Of a stretch of 64,000 nucleotides of DNA, positions 10,197 to 20,126 are shown piece after piece. The DNA comes from Bacteroidetes bacterium 47-18. GTDB lineage: Bacteria; Bacteroidota; Bacteroidia; Chitinophagales; Chitinophagaceae. A program made the position numbers and the translations under genes. The DNA lies in assembly GCA_001897155.1 (NCBI GenBank), contig MKSF01000006.1, positions 94,696 to 158,695 on the forward strand. Reading direction: 5' to 3'. A model generated the notes under the pieces. It was not told the origin of the DNA. It did not search any database and worked only from the letters and a program-made list of their open reading frames with translations. Numbering within the stretch: the stretch's first letter is position 1; every line of letters begins with the position of its first letter.

Positions 10197-11885
10197 ATGT
10201 ATCAATTTCCTATGTCCAATGCTGCCATAGCGGAACAACTGGATGTGCTCAGCAAGCTGATGGATATCTTCGGGGAAAATTCCTTTAAGATAAAGACATA
10301 TGCCAATGCGGCCTATACCATCAAAAAGCTGCCCCAGAATATCAGTGATATGACCCCTGAGGAATTGCAGGACCTTAAGATCATAGGCGACAGCGTCAGG
10401 GCCAAAATCACGGAATTACTCCATACCGGGGTCATCGGGGCACTGGAAACCCTGAAATTGCAGGTCCCGCCGGGCATACTCGAAATGATGCAGATCAAAG
10501 GGCTGGGACCCAAGAAAATAGCCGTCTTATGGAAAGAGCTGGATATTACATCCGTGGGAGAGCTGGAATATGCCTGCCAGGAAAACAGGCTGATGACCTT
10601 TAAAGGCTTCGGCCAAAAGACCCAGGATGATATCTTAGGTAAGATACAGTTCCTACGGAACAATGCAGGGCTGTATCTCTGGAAACAGTCCGATGATGCC
10701 TGGCAGCAATGGCAGCCCCTGATCGAAGCGGCGTTCAGCGGGCATATGATCCGGCCTGTGGGTCTCTATGCTCGGCAGATGCCTGTAACCGACGGCCTGG
10801 AGCTCATAACAACCGCCCCGGTAGCGGCTATCCATACCTTCCTGTCCGCGCATAGTTTTGATAATATTATCGCTGACGGTGACACTACCCTTTCCGCCAC
10901 TGATGCCGGCGGCATCACCTGGAAATGGCATTCCTGCCCTGCTGGTATATTCGGCATTACGGCATTGCAGCACAACAGCAGCGAGGCATTCGGGGAAGCA
11001 ATCAGGAAGCTCCCTTTACCTGCTGATGCCACGACGGAGCAGGCCGTATTCGAGGCGCTGCAGCTCAGCTATATACCGCCTTTCCTGCGTGAATCTGCCG
11101 ATATAGCCTCCTTAGAAGAAAAGGCGAAGGACAATAACCTGATAACAACGAAAAGCATTAAAGGGATCATCCACAGCCATACTACCTGGAGCGATGGTGT
11201 GCATACGGTAGCGGAGATGGCGCTGGCCGCCCGTGCCATGGGTATGGAGTATATCGTTATCAGCGACCACAGCAGATCCGCGTTTTATGCCAACGGCTTA
11301 AGCGTGGAACGGATCAGGGAACAACACCGTGAGATCGACAGCCTGAACCAGCAATTAGCACCTTTCAGGATATTTAAAAGCATAGAAGCAGATATACTCA
11401 ATGACGGCAGCCTGGATTACGAAGATGAGATCCTCGGGCTGTTCGACCTTGTGATCGCTTCCGTACATTCCAACCTGAATATGAGCGCCGAAAAGGCTAT
11501 GCAGCGCCTGCTGACCGCTGTGGCCAATCCCTATACCACCATACTGGGACATCCCACAGGACGGCTGCTCCTGTCCCGGCAGGGCTATCCCGTAGATCAT
11601 CCCGCGCTGATAGAGGCCTGCGTTGCGCACGAGGTGGTACTGGAGATCAACGCGCACCCGAGAAGACTGGACCTGGACTGGACCTGGATAGATAACGCCC
11701 GCTCCAAAGGAGCGATGCTGTCCGTAAATCCTGATGCCCATGCCGCCGAACACCTGCAACTGATACGGTACGGTGTAAAGGCCGCGCAGAAAAGCGGCAT
11801 GTCCATAGCAAACAACCTGAGCTCTATGCCCCTGGAAGCATTTGAACGCTTCCTGAGTGACAGGAAGGCCAGGAAAGGCATTTAA
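10197..11885 (+). CDS. polX: DNA polymerase/3'-5' exonuclease PolX (Pol-beta-like domain plus C-terminal PHP domain)
   Basis: N-terminal HhH/pol-beta region (IAEQLDVLSKLMDIFGENSFKIKTYANAAYTI). C-terminal PHP motif HSHTTWSDGVHTVAEMA. 562 aa. Confidence 0.8.
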   Translation: MYQFPMSNAAIAEQLDVLSKLMDIFGENSFKIKTYANAAYTIKKLPQNISDMTPEELQDLKIIGDSVRAKITELLHTGVIGALETLKLQVPPGILEMMQIKGLGPKKIAVLWKELDITSVGELEYACQENRLMTFKGFGQKTQDDILGKIQFLRNNAGLYLWKQSDDAWQQWQPLIEAAFSGHMIRPVGLYARQMPVTDGLELITTAPVAAIHTFLSAHSFDNIIADGDTTLSATDAGGITWKWHSCPAGIFGITALQHNSSEAFGEAIRKLPLPADATTEQAVFEALQLSYIPPFLRESADIASLEEKAKDNNLITTKSIKGIIHSHTTWSDGVHTVAEMALAARAMGMEYIVISDHSRSAFYANGLSVERIREQHREIDSLNQQLAPFRIFKSIEADILNDGSLDYEDEILGLFDLVIASVHSNLNMSAEKAMQRLLTAVANPYTTILGHPTGRLLLSRQGYPVDHPALIEACVAHEVVLEINAHPRRLDLDWTWIDNARSKGAMLSVNPDAHAAEHLQLIRYGVKAAQKSGMSIANNLSSMPLEAFERFLSDRKARKGI

Positions 11886-11935
11886 AAAGACCGTAACGAA
11901 CCAACTTTATTTTACCCGGAAAGAACTTTACCGTT

Positions 11936-13573
11936 ATGCTGCGCAATAATATCCGACCGTATATCATCATTATCCTGATAGGCTGCCTTTTATTCCTGCC
12001 ATTCCTGGGAGCCGTACCGCTCTTTGACTGGGATGAAGCCAATTTCGCCGAGGCCGCAAGGGAAATGATCGCTACCGGTAATTATATGAGGGTGCACATC
12101 GACTTTATGCCTTTCTGGGAAAAGCCGCCTGTCTTCATCTGGCTGCAGGCAGCCGCTATGCAGCTTTTTGGCGTCAACGAGTTTGCAGCCCGCCTGCCCA
12201 ATGCGGTGACCGGTATAGTGACCTTATGCTGCCTGTATTATATCGGTAACAAGGTCAGCAAGAATAGGCTCGGCAAGTGGTGGGTAGGCCTGTATATAGC
12301 CTCCTGGCTGCCGCATTTTTATTTTAAAACGGCCATTATAGACCCGCTTTTCAATCTGTTTATTTTCCTGGCAGTGTACCAGGTGTATGCCATACAGTAC
12401 GGCAGAAAAGCCCTGCGCCACGCTTTGCTTTCGGGCATATTCCTGGGCCTGGCCGTATTGACAAAGGGGCCGGCAGCCATACTGATCGCCCTGCTTACAT
12501 TCGGGGTCTTTGTTGTATTATCCAAATTCAGGACGGGCATCCACTGGAAGCACCTGCTGGTGATAGTCCTGGGCACCCTGCTGACCACCTTCACCTGGTT
12601 CGGGGCTGATATTATCCGTAACGGATGGTGGTTTACCAGGGAGTTCATCACATACCAGATCCGCCTGTTCTCCACGGAGGATGCCGGTCATGGCGGACCC
12701 TTCTTTTACCACTGGATCGTGCTGCTCATCGGGTGCTTTCCCGCGGCCGCCTTTTTGTTCCAGTATGTAAAAGGACAGAACAAGATACTGATGCTGACAC
12801 GGGAGAAAGCCTTTCATCAGTTGATGTGGGCCCTGTTCGGGGTGGTGCTGATCCTTTTTTCCATCGTGAAGACCAAGATCGTACATTATTCATCCCTGTG
12901 CTACCTGCCGCTCACCTTCCTGGCTGCCGCCCAGTTGCAATGGTGGTATGAAAAGAAACGGAGCCTGCTGACGGTCACAAAGGTCATGTTTCTGTTTACG
13001 GGCCTGCTGCTATGCGTTGCCATAGCGCTCCTGCCCATCGCCGGACAAAACCTGCATCATATACAGCCTTATGTAAAGGACACGTTTGCCGCAGCCAATA
13101 TGAACGCGCAGGTGACCTGGCACACCTATGAAGCGATCATAGGGCTGGCCGGGGCTGCCGGTATCTTATATGCCTGGAAACGTATGAAAAAAGATGTAAA
13201 GCGGGGATTCGCCGTCCTGGTGCTCTCACAGGCAGTGGTCATCTTCACGACCATGTTCCTGTTCGTACCCCGCATAGAGCAGTATCCACAGCACGCCGCC
13301 ATAGACTTTTACCGGCAGCACAGTGACGGGAAAGCCTATGTACACCCGCTGGGATTCAAATCATATGCCTACCTGTTCTATTCTCAAAAACAAGCTGTAC
13401 CCGATAGCGCCTATTATGACAACAGGACCGGGTATTTCCTGAGCGGCAAGGCAGATAAGCCCGTATTCTTTATCAGCAAGAATATACAGGAGCAGGAATG
13501 GCTGCAGGATCCCCGCCTGGAGAAAACAGGAGAGCAGAACGGGTATGTGTTTTATCGTCTCAGGCAGAAATAA
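11936..13573 (+). CDS. Glycosyltransferase family 39/83 (ArnT / PMT-like) integral membrane protein
   Basis: PLFDWDEANFAEAAREM..MRVHIDFMPFWEKPPVFIWLQA, typical of ArnT/dolichyl-phosphate-mannose transferases. About 12 TM helices. 545 aa. Confidence 0.75.
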   Translation: MLRNNIRPYIIIILIGCLLFLPFLGAVPLFDWDEANFAEAAREMIATGNYMRVHIDFMPFWEKPPVFIWLQAAAMQLFGVNEFAARLPNAVTGIVTLCCLYYIGNKVSKNRLGKWWVGLYIASWLPHFYFKTAIIDPLFNLFIFLAVYQVYAIQYGRKALRHALLSGIFLGLAVLTKGPAAILIALLTFGVFVVLSKFRTGIHWKHLLVIVLGTLLTTFTWFGADIIRNGWWFTREFITYQIRLFSTEDAGHGGPFFYHWIVLLIGCFPAAAFLFQYVKGQNKILMLTREKAFHQLMWALFGVVLILFSIVKTKIVHYSSLCYLPLTFLAAAQLQWWYEKKRSLLTVTKVMFLFTGLLLCVAIALLPIAGQNLHHIQPYVKDTFAAANMNAQVTWHTYEAIIGLAGAAGILYAWKRMKKDVKRGFAVLVLSQAVVIFTTMFLFVPRIEQYPQHAAIDFYRQHSDGKAYVHPLGFKSYAYLFYSQKQAVPDSAYYDNRTGYFLSGKADKPVFFISKNIQEQEWLQDPRLEKTGEQNGYVFYRLRQK

Positions 13574-13576
13574 GGC

Positions 13577-14380
13577 TCACCGGAAAAGCGCCTCCGTATA
13601 ATGCAGGTTATCCCTGTCGCCTACCGCTCCGTGACCGGGGATCACCACCTTCACATAAGGGTACCTGGTAAGAAGCCGGCTGATGCTGGCAGGCCAGCGC
13701 AACGTATCAGCATCCGAAAGGTTGCCTTTATCCGCACCGGCAGCTTTTACCAGGCAGCCGCCAAAGAGCACGCTGTCCGATTCCAGGTAACCTGTTGTAT
13801 TATCAGCAGTATGACCGGGTCCCGGGTAATATAGTTCTATCTTATGACCATTGACAGAAAGCGATGCTATAGTGTCAAAAGAGATCTGCGGCACTTCTGT
13901 TCTGTTGGCCTCTGCCAAGTCTAATGTCTGCCGCTGCGCATAGGAAGGGATGTTCCTTGTATGGAACTGGGACAACCCGGCCAGGCAGTCGTCATGAAAA
14001 TGGGTGACCACCACGGCTTTGATACAGATACCCGAACTGTCCAGCAAAGCGAGCAGCAAGGCCGTGGCCAGGGAGTCGGCAGGGGTATCAAATATAACAG
14101 CCGTATCAGCGTCCAGTATAATCCAGCCGTTACAGTCCACTTTACCAAATTGTTGTGTGGAGAGATAGGACGTATGGAGATACGTATGAGCGCTCAGGGG
14201 ACTGACACTCAATACCGTATCTTTATATTGCAAGGTGGTTTTGCCAGGCTCCGAAGGTGCGGATGTTGGTGTGGTCTGCCCACAGCCCGCAGCGGCCAGG
14301 ATACAGATAGCTGCAACGAACAGCCACAGGCTTTGCAGAAGGGTTGTATTTTTCATATGTGCAAATTCTGTTATTTTCAC
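13577..14380 (-). CDS. Subclass B1 metallo-beta-lactamase, predicted lipoprotein
   Basis: Aligns motif-by-motif with BcII/B1 enzymes. VVVTHFHDDC matches the HxHxD motif. YYPGPGHTADN matches the H196 motif. LFGGCLVK matches C221. VIPGHGAVGD matches H263. Signal peptide with AAGCGQ lipobox. Confidence 0.75.
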   Translation of the reverse strand: MKITEFAHMKNTTLLQSLWLFVAAICILAAAGCGQTTPTSAPSEPGKTTLQYKDTVLSVSPLSAHTYLHTSYLSTQQFGKVDCNGWIILDADTAVIFDTPADSLATALLLALLDSSGICIKAVVVTHFHDDCLAGLSQFHTRNIPSYAQRQTLDLAEANRTEVPQISFDTIASLSVNGHKIELYYPGPGHTADNTTGYLESDSVLFGGCLVKAAGADKGNLSDADTLRWPASISRLLTRYPYVKVVIPGHGAVGDRDNLHYTEALFR

Positions 14381-14404
14381 GTACGATCGTGTTAATTCTT
14401 ATAA

Positions 14405-16065
14405 AAAATACCCTTCGACAGGCTCAGGGTGACACCTTCTCTTTATTGTCAGGCTGAGCCCCGTCGAAGCCCTTGTATAAACCACATTTCGACAAGCTCA
14501 ATGTGACACAACAGGCTCAATGTGACATCGATATTCTTGTCATGCTGAGCCTGTCGAAGCATACCTATATATTACGCCTGTTTTTAGAAAGGTCCGGTAA
14601 CTTATACCACTCATTACGGATGATAGCCTCTTTCTTTTTCCGACTCCATCCCTTCACCTGCTTCTCAAAAGCAATGGCTTGATTCACATCAGTGAACTGT
14701 TGTTGGAAAACAAGTATTACCGGGCGTCTTTTGAATGTATAGCATTTGGGATCGGTACCCTCATTATGCTCAGCAATTCTCTTTTCCAGGTTATTCGTAA
14801 TTCCGGTGTAATAGGAGTTATCAGCACATTGAACAATGTATACATAGTAATATTTCATGGTATTATAAAGTTAAGGGTTCAATTTTGTTATCAGGTAAAT
14901 CCCGGCGATTAGTGTCCATGTCAGGCTGAGGTCTGCTGAAACGTTGTAAACCACATTTCGACAGGCTCAATGTGACACAATGAACTGCATGTAACAATCA
15001 CCATCATTGTAAGGTTGTGCTTGTCGAAGCAGGATTGTGGTGGTGGGTGGACACACACCACGGATGATTACCCTTCGACAGGCTCAGGGTAACACTTATT
15101 CTTTGTTTGTAAGGCCGAGCACTGTCGAAGCCCTTATATAAACCACATTTCGACAAGCTCAATGTGACACAACAGGCTCAAGGTGACATCGCTATTCTTG
15201 TCCTGCTGAGCCTGTCGAAGCATATACTTCTTTCCTTACACTGCACTTCTTTCGGAATAACTTTTTGCTACTTAATGGATTATACGTCCTGCTGTCATTT
15301 CGAGCGGAATGCAATGAAGCATAGAAATCCCTGTTGGAGTGGATGGTATAGCATATTCACCCTTCGACAGGATCAAGGTTACACTTACTCTTTGTTGTCG
15401 GGTTGAACACCGTTGAAGCCCTTGCGACAAGCTCAATGTGACACAACAGGCTCAAGGTGACAATCATTATCATTGTCATGCTGAGCCTGTCGAAGCATAT
15501 AACTTCTTTCCTTACACTGCGCTTCCTGCAGAATGACTTTTGCTACGTCCTGCTGTCATTTCGGGCGGAATGCAATGAAGCCTAGAAATCCCTGTTGGGG
15601 TGGATGGTATAGCATATTCACCCTTCGGCAGGCTCAGGGTGACACTTATTCTTTGTTTGTCAGGCTGAGCACAGTCGAAGCCCTTGTATAAACCACATTT
15701 CGGCAAGCTCAGGGTGACACCTACTCTTTGTTGTTAGGCTGCCTCCATTAAAGCCCTTTTATAAACCACATTTCGACAAGCTCAATGTGACACAACAGGC
15801 TCAAGGTGACATCGCTATTCTTGTCATGCTGAGCCTGTCGAAGCATATCACCTTACCCTTCGACAGGCTCAGGGTGACACTTATTCTTTGTTTGTCAGGC
15901 TGAGCACTGCCGAAGCCCTTGTATAAACCACATTTCGACAAGCTCAACGTGACACAACAGGCTCAATGTGACATCGATATTCTTGTCATGCTGAGCCTGT
16001 CGAAGCATATAATCTTACCCTTCGGCAAACTCAGGGTGACACAACAAAGTTCAATGCGACAAATA
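14405..16065. repeat. Structured repeat array C (~1.7 kb): about 20 hairpin modules (CTTCGACAGGCTCAGGGTGACA / TGTCATGCTGAGCCTGTCGAAGC family) and 2 composite TGTCATTTCGAGCGGAATGCAATGAAGC.TAGAAATCCC elements. A GIY-YIG gene is embedded in it.
   Basis: Dense tandem or interleaved copies visible by eye. Arms are reverse complements. Spurious short ORFs only. Confidence 0.75.
14565..14858 (-). CDS. GIY-YIG nuclease family protein (small, ~97 aa, UPF0213/YhbQ-like)
   Basis: MKYYYVYIVQCADNSYYTGITNNLEKRIAEHNEG...FEKQVKGWSRKKK matches the GIY-(10-11)-YIG..R..EH..E core. AT-rich gene embedded in repeat array C. Confidence 0.75.
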   Translation of the reverse strand: MKYYYVYIVQCADNSYYTGITNNLEKRIAEHNEGTDPKCYTFKRRPVILVFQQQFTDVNQAIAFEKQVKGWSRKKKEAIIRNEWYKLPDLSKNRRNI

Positions 16066-16106
16066 GCCAAAAAGCCCCTGCTCTGCGAGCAGGGGCTTTT
16101 TTTTAT
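16066..16106. terminator. Bidirectional rho-independent terminator (serves the ABC-F gene on the minus strand)
   Basis: A-run, then GCCCCTGCT-ctgcg-AGCAGGGGC, then T8. Confidence 0.65.
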
Positions 16107-16120
16107 CCATCAGGAAGGTA

Positions 16121-17740
16121 TTATTTATACATTTCTTCCCTTAATGCCTGTATCTTGGGATCCGTGATATATTCATCAAAAGGCATTTCACGATCTATAA
16201 GTCCGTTCGGTGTCAGCTCCAGCACCCGGTCTGAAACGGTCTGTGTCAGCTCATGGTCCCTGGAAGTAAAGATGATCGTACCGCGGAAATCCTTCATACC
16301 GTTGTTGAGGGCGGTAATGGATTCCAGGTCCAGGTGGTTGGTCGGCTCATCGAAGGTCAGCACATTACCTCGCTGCATCATCATCCGGGAGAGCATACAG
16401 CGTACTTTCTCCCCTCCGGACAATACCGTACATTTTTTCTGGGTTTCCTCACCGGAGAACAGCATTTTACCCAGGAAACCGCGGATAAATGTTTCGTCCT
16501 TTTCCTCGGAGTACTGACGCAGCCAGTCCACCAGGTTCAGGTCCTTACCTTCAAAATAAGCCGAATTGTCGGCAGGCAGGTAGGTTGGCGTAATGGTCAC
16601 ACCCCAGCGGTATTCACCTTCAAAGTCGGTATCTTCCCCGTTGATGATCTTATAGAAAGCGGTCGTTACGAGAGAGCTCGCGCCTAAAACGGTCACTTTC
16701 TGCCCGCGCTTCAGATCAAAATTGATGTTCTTAAAGGCCAGTTCACCGTTAATGTATTTGGTCAGCCCTTTTACTTCCAGTATCTGGTCGCCGGCTTCAC
16801 GGGTCTGGTTGTTGAATAAGATGGCAGGGTATTTCCTGTTGGATGGCTTCATATCCTCCACATTGATCTTATCCAGCATTTTCTTCTTGGATGTCGCCTG
16901 CTTGGATTTGGAAGCATTGGCGGAGAAGCGGGCAATGAATTCCTTCAGCTCGGCAATCTTATCTTCCGCTTTCTTATTCTGGTCGGCGCGTTGTTTTAAC
17001 AACAGCTGGCTGGATTCATACCAGAAGCTATAGTTACCCGTAAAAATGTTGATCTTTCCGAAGTCAATATCCGCCACGTGCGTACACACGGTATCCAGGA
17101 AGTGACGGTCGTGCGATACCACCAGGACCACCTTATCATATTCAGACAGGAAATTTTCCAGCCATGAGATGGTGTTCATGTCCAGGTCATTGGTAGGCTC
17201 ATCCAGCAGCAGGATATCCGGGTCCCCGAACAGGGCCTGGGCCAGCAATACCCTTACTTTTTCATTACCATCCAGGTCTTTCACCTTCTGGTAGTGCTTA
17301 TCTTCCTTTACGCCCAGGTTACTCAGCAGTGTAGCGGCATCGCTTTCCGCATTCCAGCCGCCCATTTCCCCGAAAGTACCTTCCAGATCTCCCGCCCTGA
17401 TGCCGTCTTCTTCGGTAAAGTCTTCCTTCGCATACAACGCATCCTTTTCCTGCATAATGCTGTATAGGACATCATTACCCATTATTACGGTTTGCAGGAC
17501 ATCCACCTCATCGTACTGGTGGTGGTTCTGCTTCAGGACGCTCATACGCTGTCCTTTGGATATTTCCACCTTACCCGTGGACGGCTCTATCTCACCGGAC
17601 AGTATTTTCAGGAAAGTGGATTTTCCCGCACCGTTGGCACCAATGATACCATAACAGTTACCTTCCGTAAATTTTATATTTACATCTTCAAATAAAACTC
17701 TTTTACCGTAGCGAAGCGACAGGTTGGATACGTTGATCAT
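16121..17740 (-). CDS. ABC-F family ATPase (tandem ABC ATPase domains, no TMD; EttA/YbiT/Uup-like translation factor)
   Basis: Two Walker A sites (GIIGANGAGKST and a second domain). LSGGE signature. Linker between domains. 539 aa. Confidence 0.85.
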   Translation of the reverse strand: MINVSNLSLRYGKRVLFEDVNIKFTEGNCYGIIGANGAGKSTFLKILSGEIEPSTGKVEISKGQRMSVLKQNHHQYDEVDVLQTVIMGNDVLYSIMQEKDALYAKEDFTEEDGIRAGDLEGTFGEMGGWNAESDAATLLSNLGVKEDKHYQKVKDLDGNEKVRVLLAQALFGDPDILLLDEPTNDLDMNTISWLENFLSEYDKVVLVVSHDRHFLDTVCTHVADIDFGKINIFTGNYSFWYESSQLLLKQRADQNKKAEDKIAELKEFIARFSANASKSKQATSKKKMLDKINVEDMKPSNRKYPAILFNNQTREAGDQILEVKGLTKYINGELAFKNINFDLKRGQKVTVLGASSLVTTAFYKIINGEDTDFEGEYRWGVTITPTYLPADNSAYFEGKDLNLVDWLRQYSEEKDETFIRGFLGKMLFSGEETQKKCTVLSGGEKVRCMLSRMMMQRGNVLTFDEPTNHLDLESITALNNGMKDFRGTIIFTSRDHELTQTVSDRVLELTPNGLIDREMPFDEYITDPKIQALREEMYK

Positions 17741-18100
17741 GCTTGTATAGTTGTTGGAAATATTTTACGCTGCATTGACAGGTCAAAACAGTGCAAAGTG
17801 TTGCTATTTTGTATTTTGATGTGCAAAGTTAATCAAAAAGAAAGGATTTGCCCTTCTCCCGACCTAATTTTTCACTTTCAGGTCTATTTACAGCACTTGA
17901 CTGCCGGAAGCCCGTTTACGGACTGCTTATCTGCCTGCCGGGCAACGGGAAGATAGCCCAGCCTATAAGCTTATAAAGTTCTTCCATGTTCCTCCGTTTC
18001 GCTACACTACAGCCGAAATGCCTCCCGACTGGCAGCGCGGCAAGTACAAAACGTCTTCCCGTTTCCTGCACCCGGACAGGCAAATTTAAAAGCACCTGCT

Positions 18101-18823
18101 TTATTTCATCAGGTCCCTGATCACTACGGAGGCACAGGTGGCCCCGAAGGTAGCAGGCAGGTAGGACATAGTGCCAAAGGCCGATTTCTTAAAGTTGGAG
18201 CCGTCGGTCAGCATCAGCGATTCCCGGATAGGCAGCTCCGGGGAGAAGACAGCTTTCAGGCCTTTTCTTATGCCCAGGCGCCTTAATCTTTTCCTTACCT
18301 GGTGGGCAAGCGGACAGTTGTAGGTTTTACTGATATCCACTACTTTCAGCTGGGTAGGGTCAAGCTTGCCGCCGGCTCCCATAGAGCTTACAATGGGGAT
18401 CTTCCGTTGCAGGGCCGCCTGCAGGAAGGTTATTTTGGGCGTAAAGCTGTCTATACAGTCTGCCAGGTAATCATATTGCGCGGCGTTCAGTATTTCCTCC
18501 ACCTTTTCGGGTGTTACGAATGAGTTGATGACGTGCAGCTTCAGTTCCGGGTTAATGGCTTTCAGGCGTTCCGCCATCAATTCCACCTTTGACTGTCCAT
18601 GCGTGGTAGCCAGGGCAGGCAACTGCCTGTTACGATTGGTAGGGTCCACCACATCGCCGTCCACGATGGTCATCTCTCCTATCCCGCTCCTGCAGATAAA
18701 TTCGGCGCAAAAGGAACCTACGCCGCCCATTCCCACCACCAGCACGTGCTTACGGGTAAGCTGTATGAGTTTTTCTTTACCTGTGATGAGCTCCGTACGG
18801 GACAGCCAGCTTATATCTTCCAT
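18101..18823 (-). CDS. tcdA: tRNA threonylcarbamoyladenosine dehydratase (ThiF/MoeB-family E1-like)
   Basis: VLVVGMGGVGSFCAEFICRSGIGEMTIVDGDVVDPTNRNRQ Rossmann/ThiF motif. 240 aa. Confidence 0.8.
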   Translation of the reverse strand: MEDISWLSRTELITGKEKLIQLTRKHVLVVGMGGVGSFCAEFICRSGIGEMTIVDGDVVDPTNRNRQLPALATTHGQSKVELMAERLKAINPELKLHVINSFVTPEKVEEILNAAQYDYLADCIDSFTPKITFLQAALQRKIPIVSSMGAGGKLDPTQLKVVDISKTYNCPLAHQVRKRLRRLGIRKGLKAVFSPELPIRESLMLTDGSNFKKSAFGTMSYLPATFGATCASVVIRDLMK

Positions 18824-19464
18824 GAAACGTTTATGATTTTAGAGTAGTTTTTTTGAATCTGCAAAATAACGTCATCCGTCTCAATTTTTAAAATCGAGGC
18901 TGCGGTCCTGTAAACCACTTCCACAGGGACAGCATACCGGTCTGTTTCCAGAAAAATGTGTTCGGGGGGAACAGCCTGCAGAATCTCGGAATAGCGGTCG
19001 GAGTGCTGCAGTATGGCAGGACCTATGCTCAGGTAATGGCCGTGCCGGACGATCTGAGCAGCGAGTTCGGGGTGCTTATTGAAGCCATGGAAGATCACAG
19101 GGACCTTACAGTCCTTCAGCAGTTGCAGGCACTCCTGGTAGGCCCTTACACAATGGATGATCACAGGCTTGCGGAAATAAGCGGCCAGCTTTAGCTGCTC
19201 CGAAAAAACTACCAGCTGATCTTCCCAGGGTGTAGCGCAGATCTTATCCAGGCCGCATTCCCCGATAAAAAGCGTATCCGGAAGCGTTTCCAGCAGGGCC
19301 TGCAACTGTGCCAGCTGCCGCTGAGGCTCCGCCGCATACCAGGGATGGATGCCAAGGCTGTAGCGGGCCGGCAGGGCTGCCGCTTCACCGGGCATTACGT
19401 TGTATATATATACCGTATCATCCCCGTAATGCTGGTGGGTATGGATATCAATATATTTCATCAT
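18811..19464 (-). CDS. TatD-family metal-dependent hydrolase/DNase
   Basis: IDIHTHQH N-terminal metal-binding motif and GIHPWY. 217 aa. Confidence 0.7.
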   Translation of the reverse strand: MMKYIDIHTHQHYGDDTVYIYNVMPGEAAALPARYSLGIHPWYAAEPQRQLAQLQALLETLPDTLFIGECGLDKICATPWEDQLVVFSEQLKLAAYFRKPVIIHCVRAYQECLQLLKDCKVPVIFHGFNKHPELAAQIVRHGHYLSIGPAILQHSDRYSEILQAVPPEHIFLETDRYAVPVEVVYRTAASILKIETDDVILQIQKNYSKIINVSWKI

Positions 19465-20024
19465 TACCGTTGGCCACCGGTCAGCGCAACGATCTCCCTG
19501 CAGATGCTTGCGGCCCGGTCATCGTTATACCATTTCTGGAGGGCTATCTTCATATCTTCAAAAGAGGCATTATTGCTTTTCAGGTCATTGTAAAGCTGCT
19601 GCGCCCCGGCAGGCCTGGGGCCCCATACGGCTATATCCTTCCCGGCATCATCCCGGATGACGAGCTTGGGAATGGATTTGCCGCCGTTGGTCAGGTACTG
19701 GTCGATCAGGTAAGGCTCCGAATCCCTCAGGCTGATCTCCATCACGACATTGTGGTTAATGGCGGCCAGCTTATGCAGGATGGGAACAATGTGGGCCGCA
19801 TCCCCGCACCAGGGCTCCGTTATAACGATCCACTGCTGAAATTCACTGATGGCACCAATGGCTTCCCTGATTTCCGGGGACGGTTCGAATGTCTTCAGCC
19901 AGCGGTTCATCCTGGCCGCATTCATTTTTGTATAGTCCAGCATCTCCGCCTTGTCATATGGAGCTGTGGTAATTTCACCATTTACGATGGCGTCGGTCAG
20001 CGCCAGATAGCTTTCAAAATTCAT
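19464..20024 (-). CDS. Thioredoxin-fold family protein (single-Cys WCGDA motif)
   Basis: ITEPWCGDAAHIVPILHKLA resembles the thioredoxin active-site region but lacks the second Cys. 186 aa. Confidence 0.5.
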   Translation of the reverse strand: MNFESYLALTDAIVNGEITTAPYDKAEMLDYTKMNAARMNRWLKTFEPSPEIREAIGAISEFQQWIVITEPWCGDAAHIVPILHKLAAINHNVVMEISLRDSEPYLIDQYLTNGGKSIPKLVIRDDAGKDIAVWGPRPAGAQQLYNDLKSNNASFEDMKIALQKWYNDDRAASICREIVALTGGQR

Positions 20025-20126
20025 AATGTTCTGTTTATAATTAAGGTGCCTGTCCGTTCATAAACGGCTCTTTTCCGGTCAGTGCTGCCGACCGGAACAT
20101 TTTACAAAGGATAAAAAGGGATCAGA

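Noticed and set aside
14473-16167. Short ORFs inside repeat arrays (14473-14682, 15164-15406, 15919-16167; also 29138-29362, 29466-29675, 30489-30767)
   Set aside because: They read through repeated palindromic DNA and their 'proteins' are near-identical repeats of the DNA repeat translation (e.g. CHFERSETESRNL). No start context or homology.
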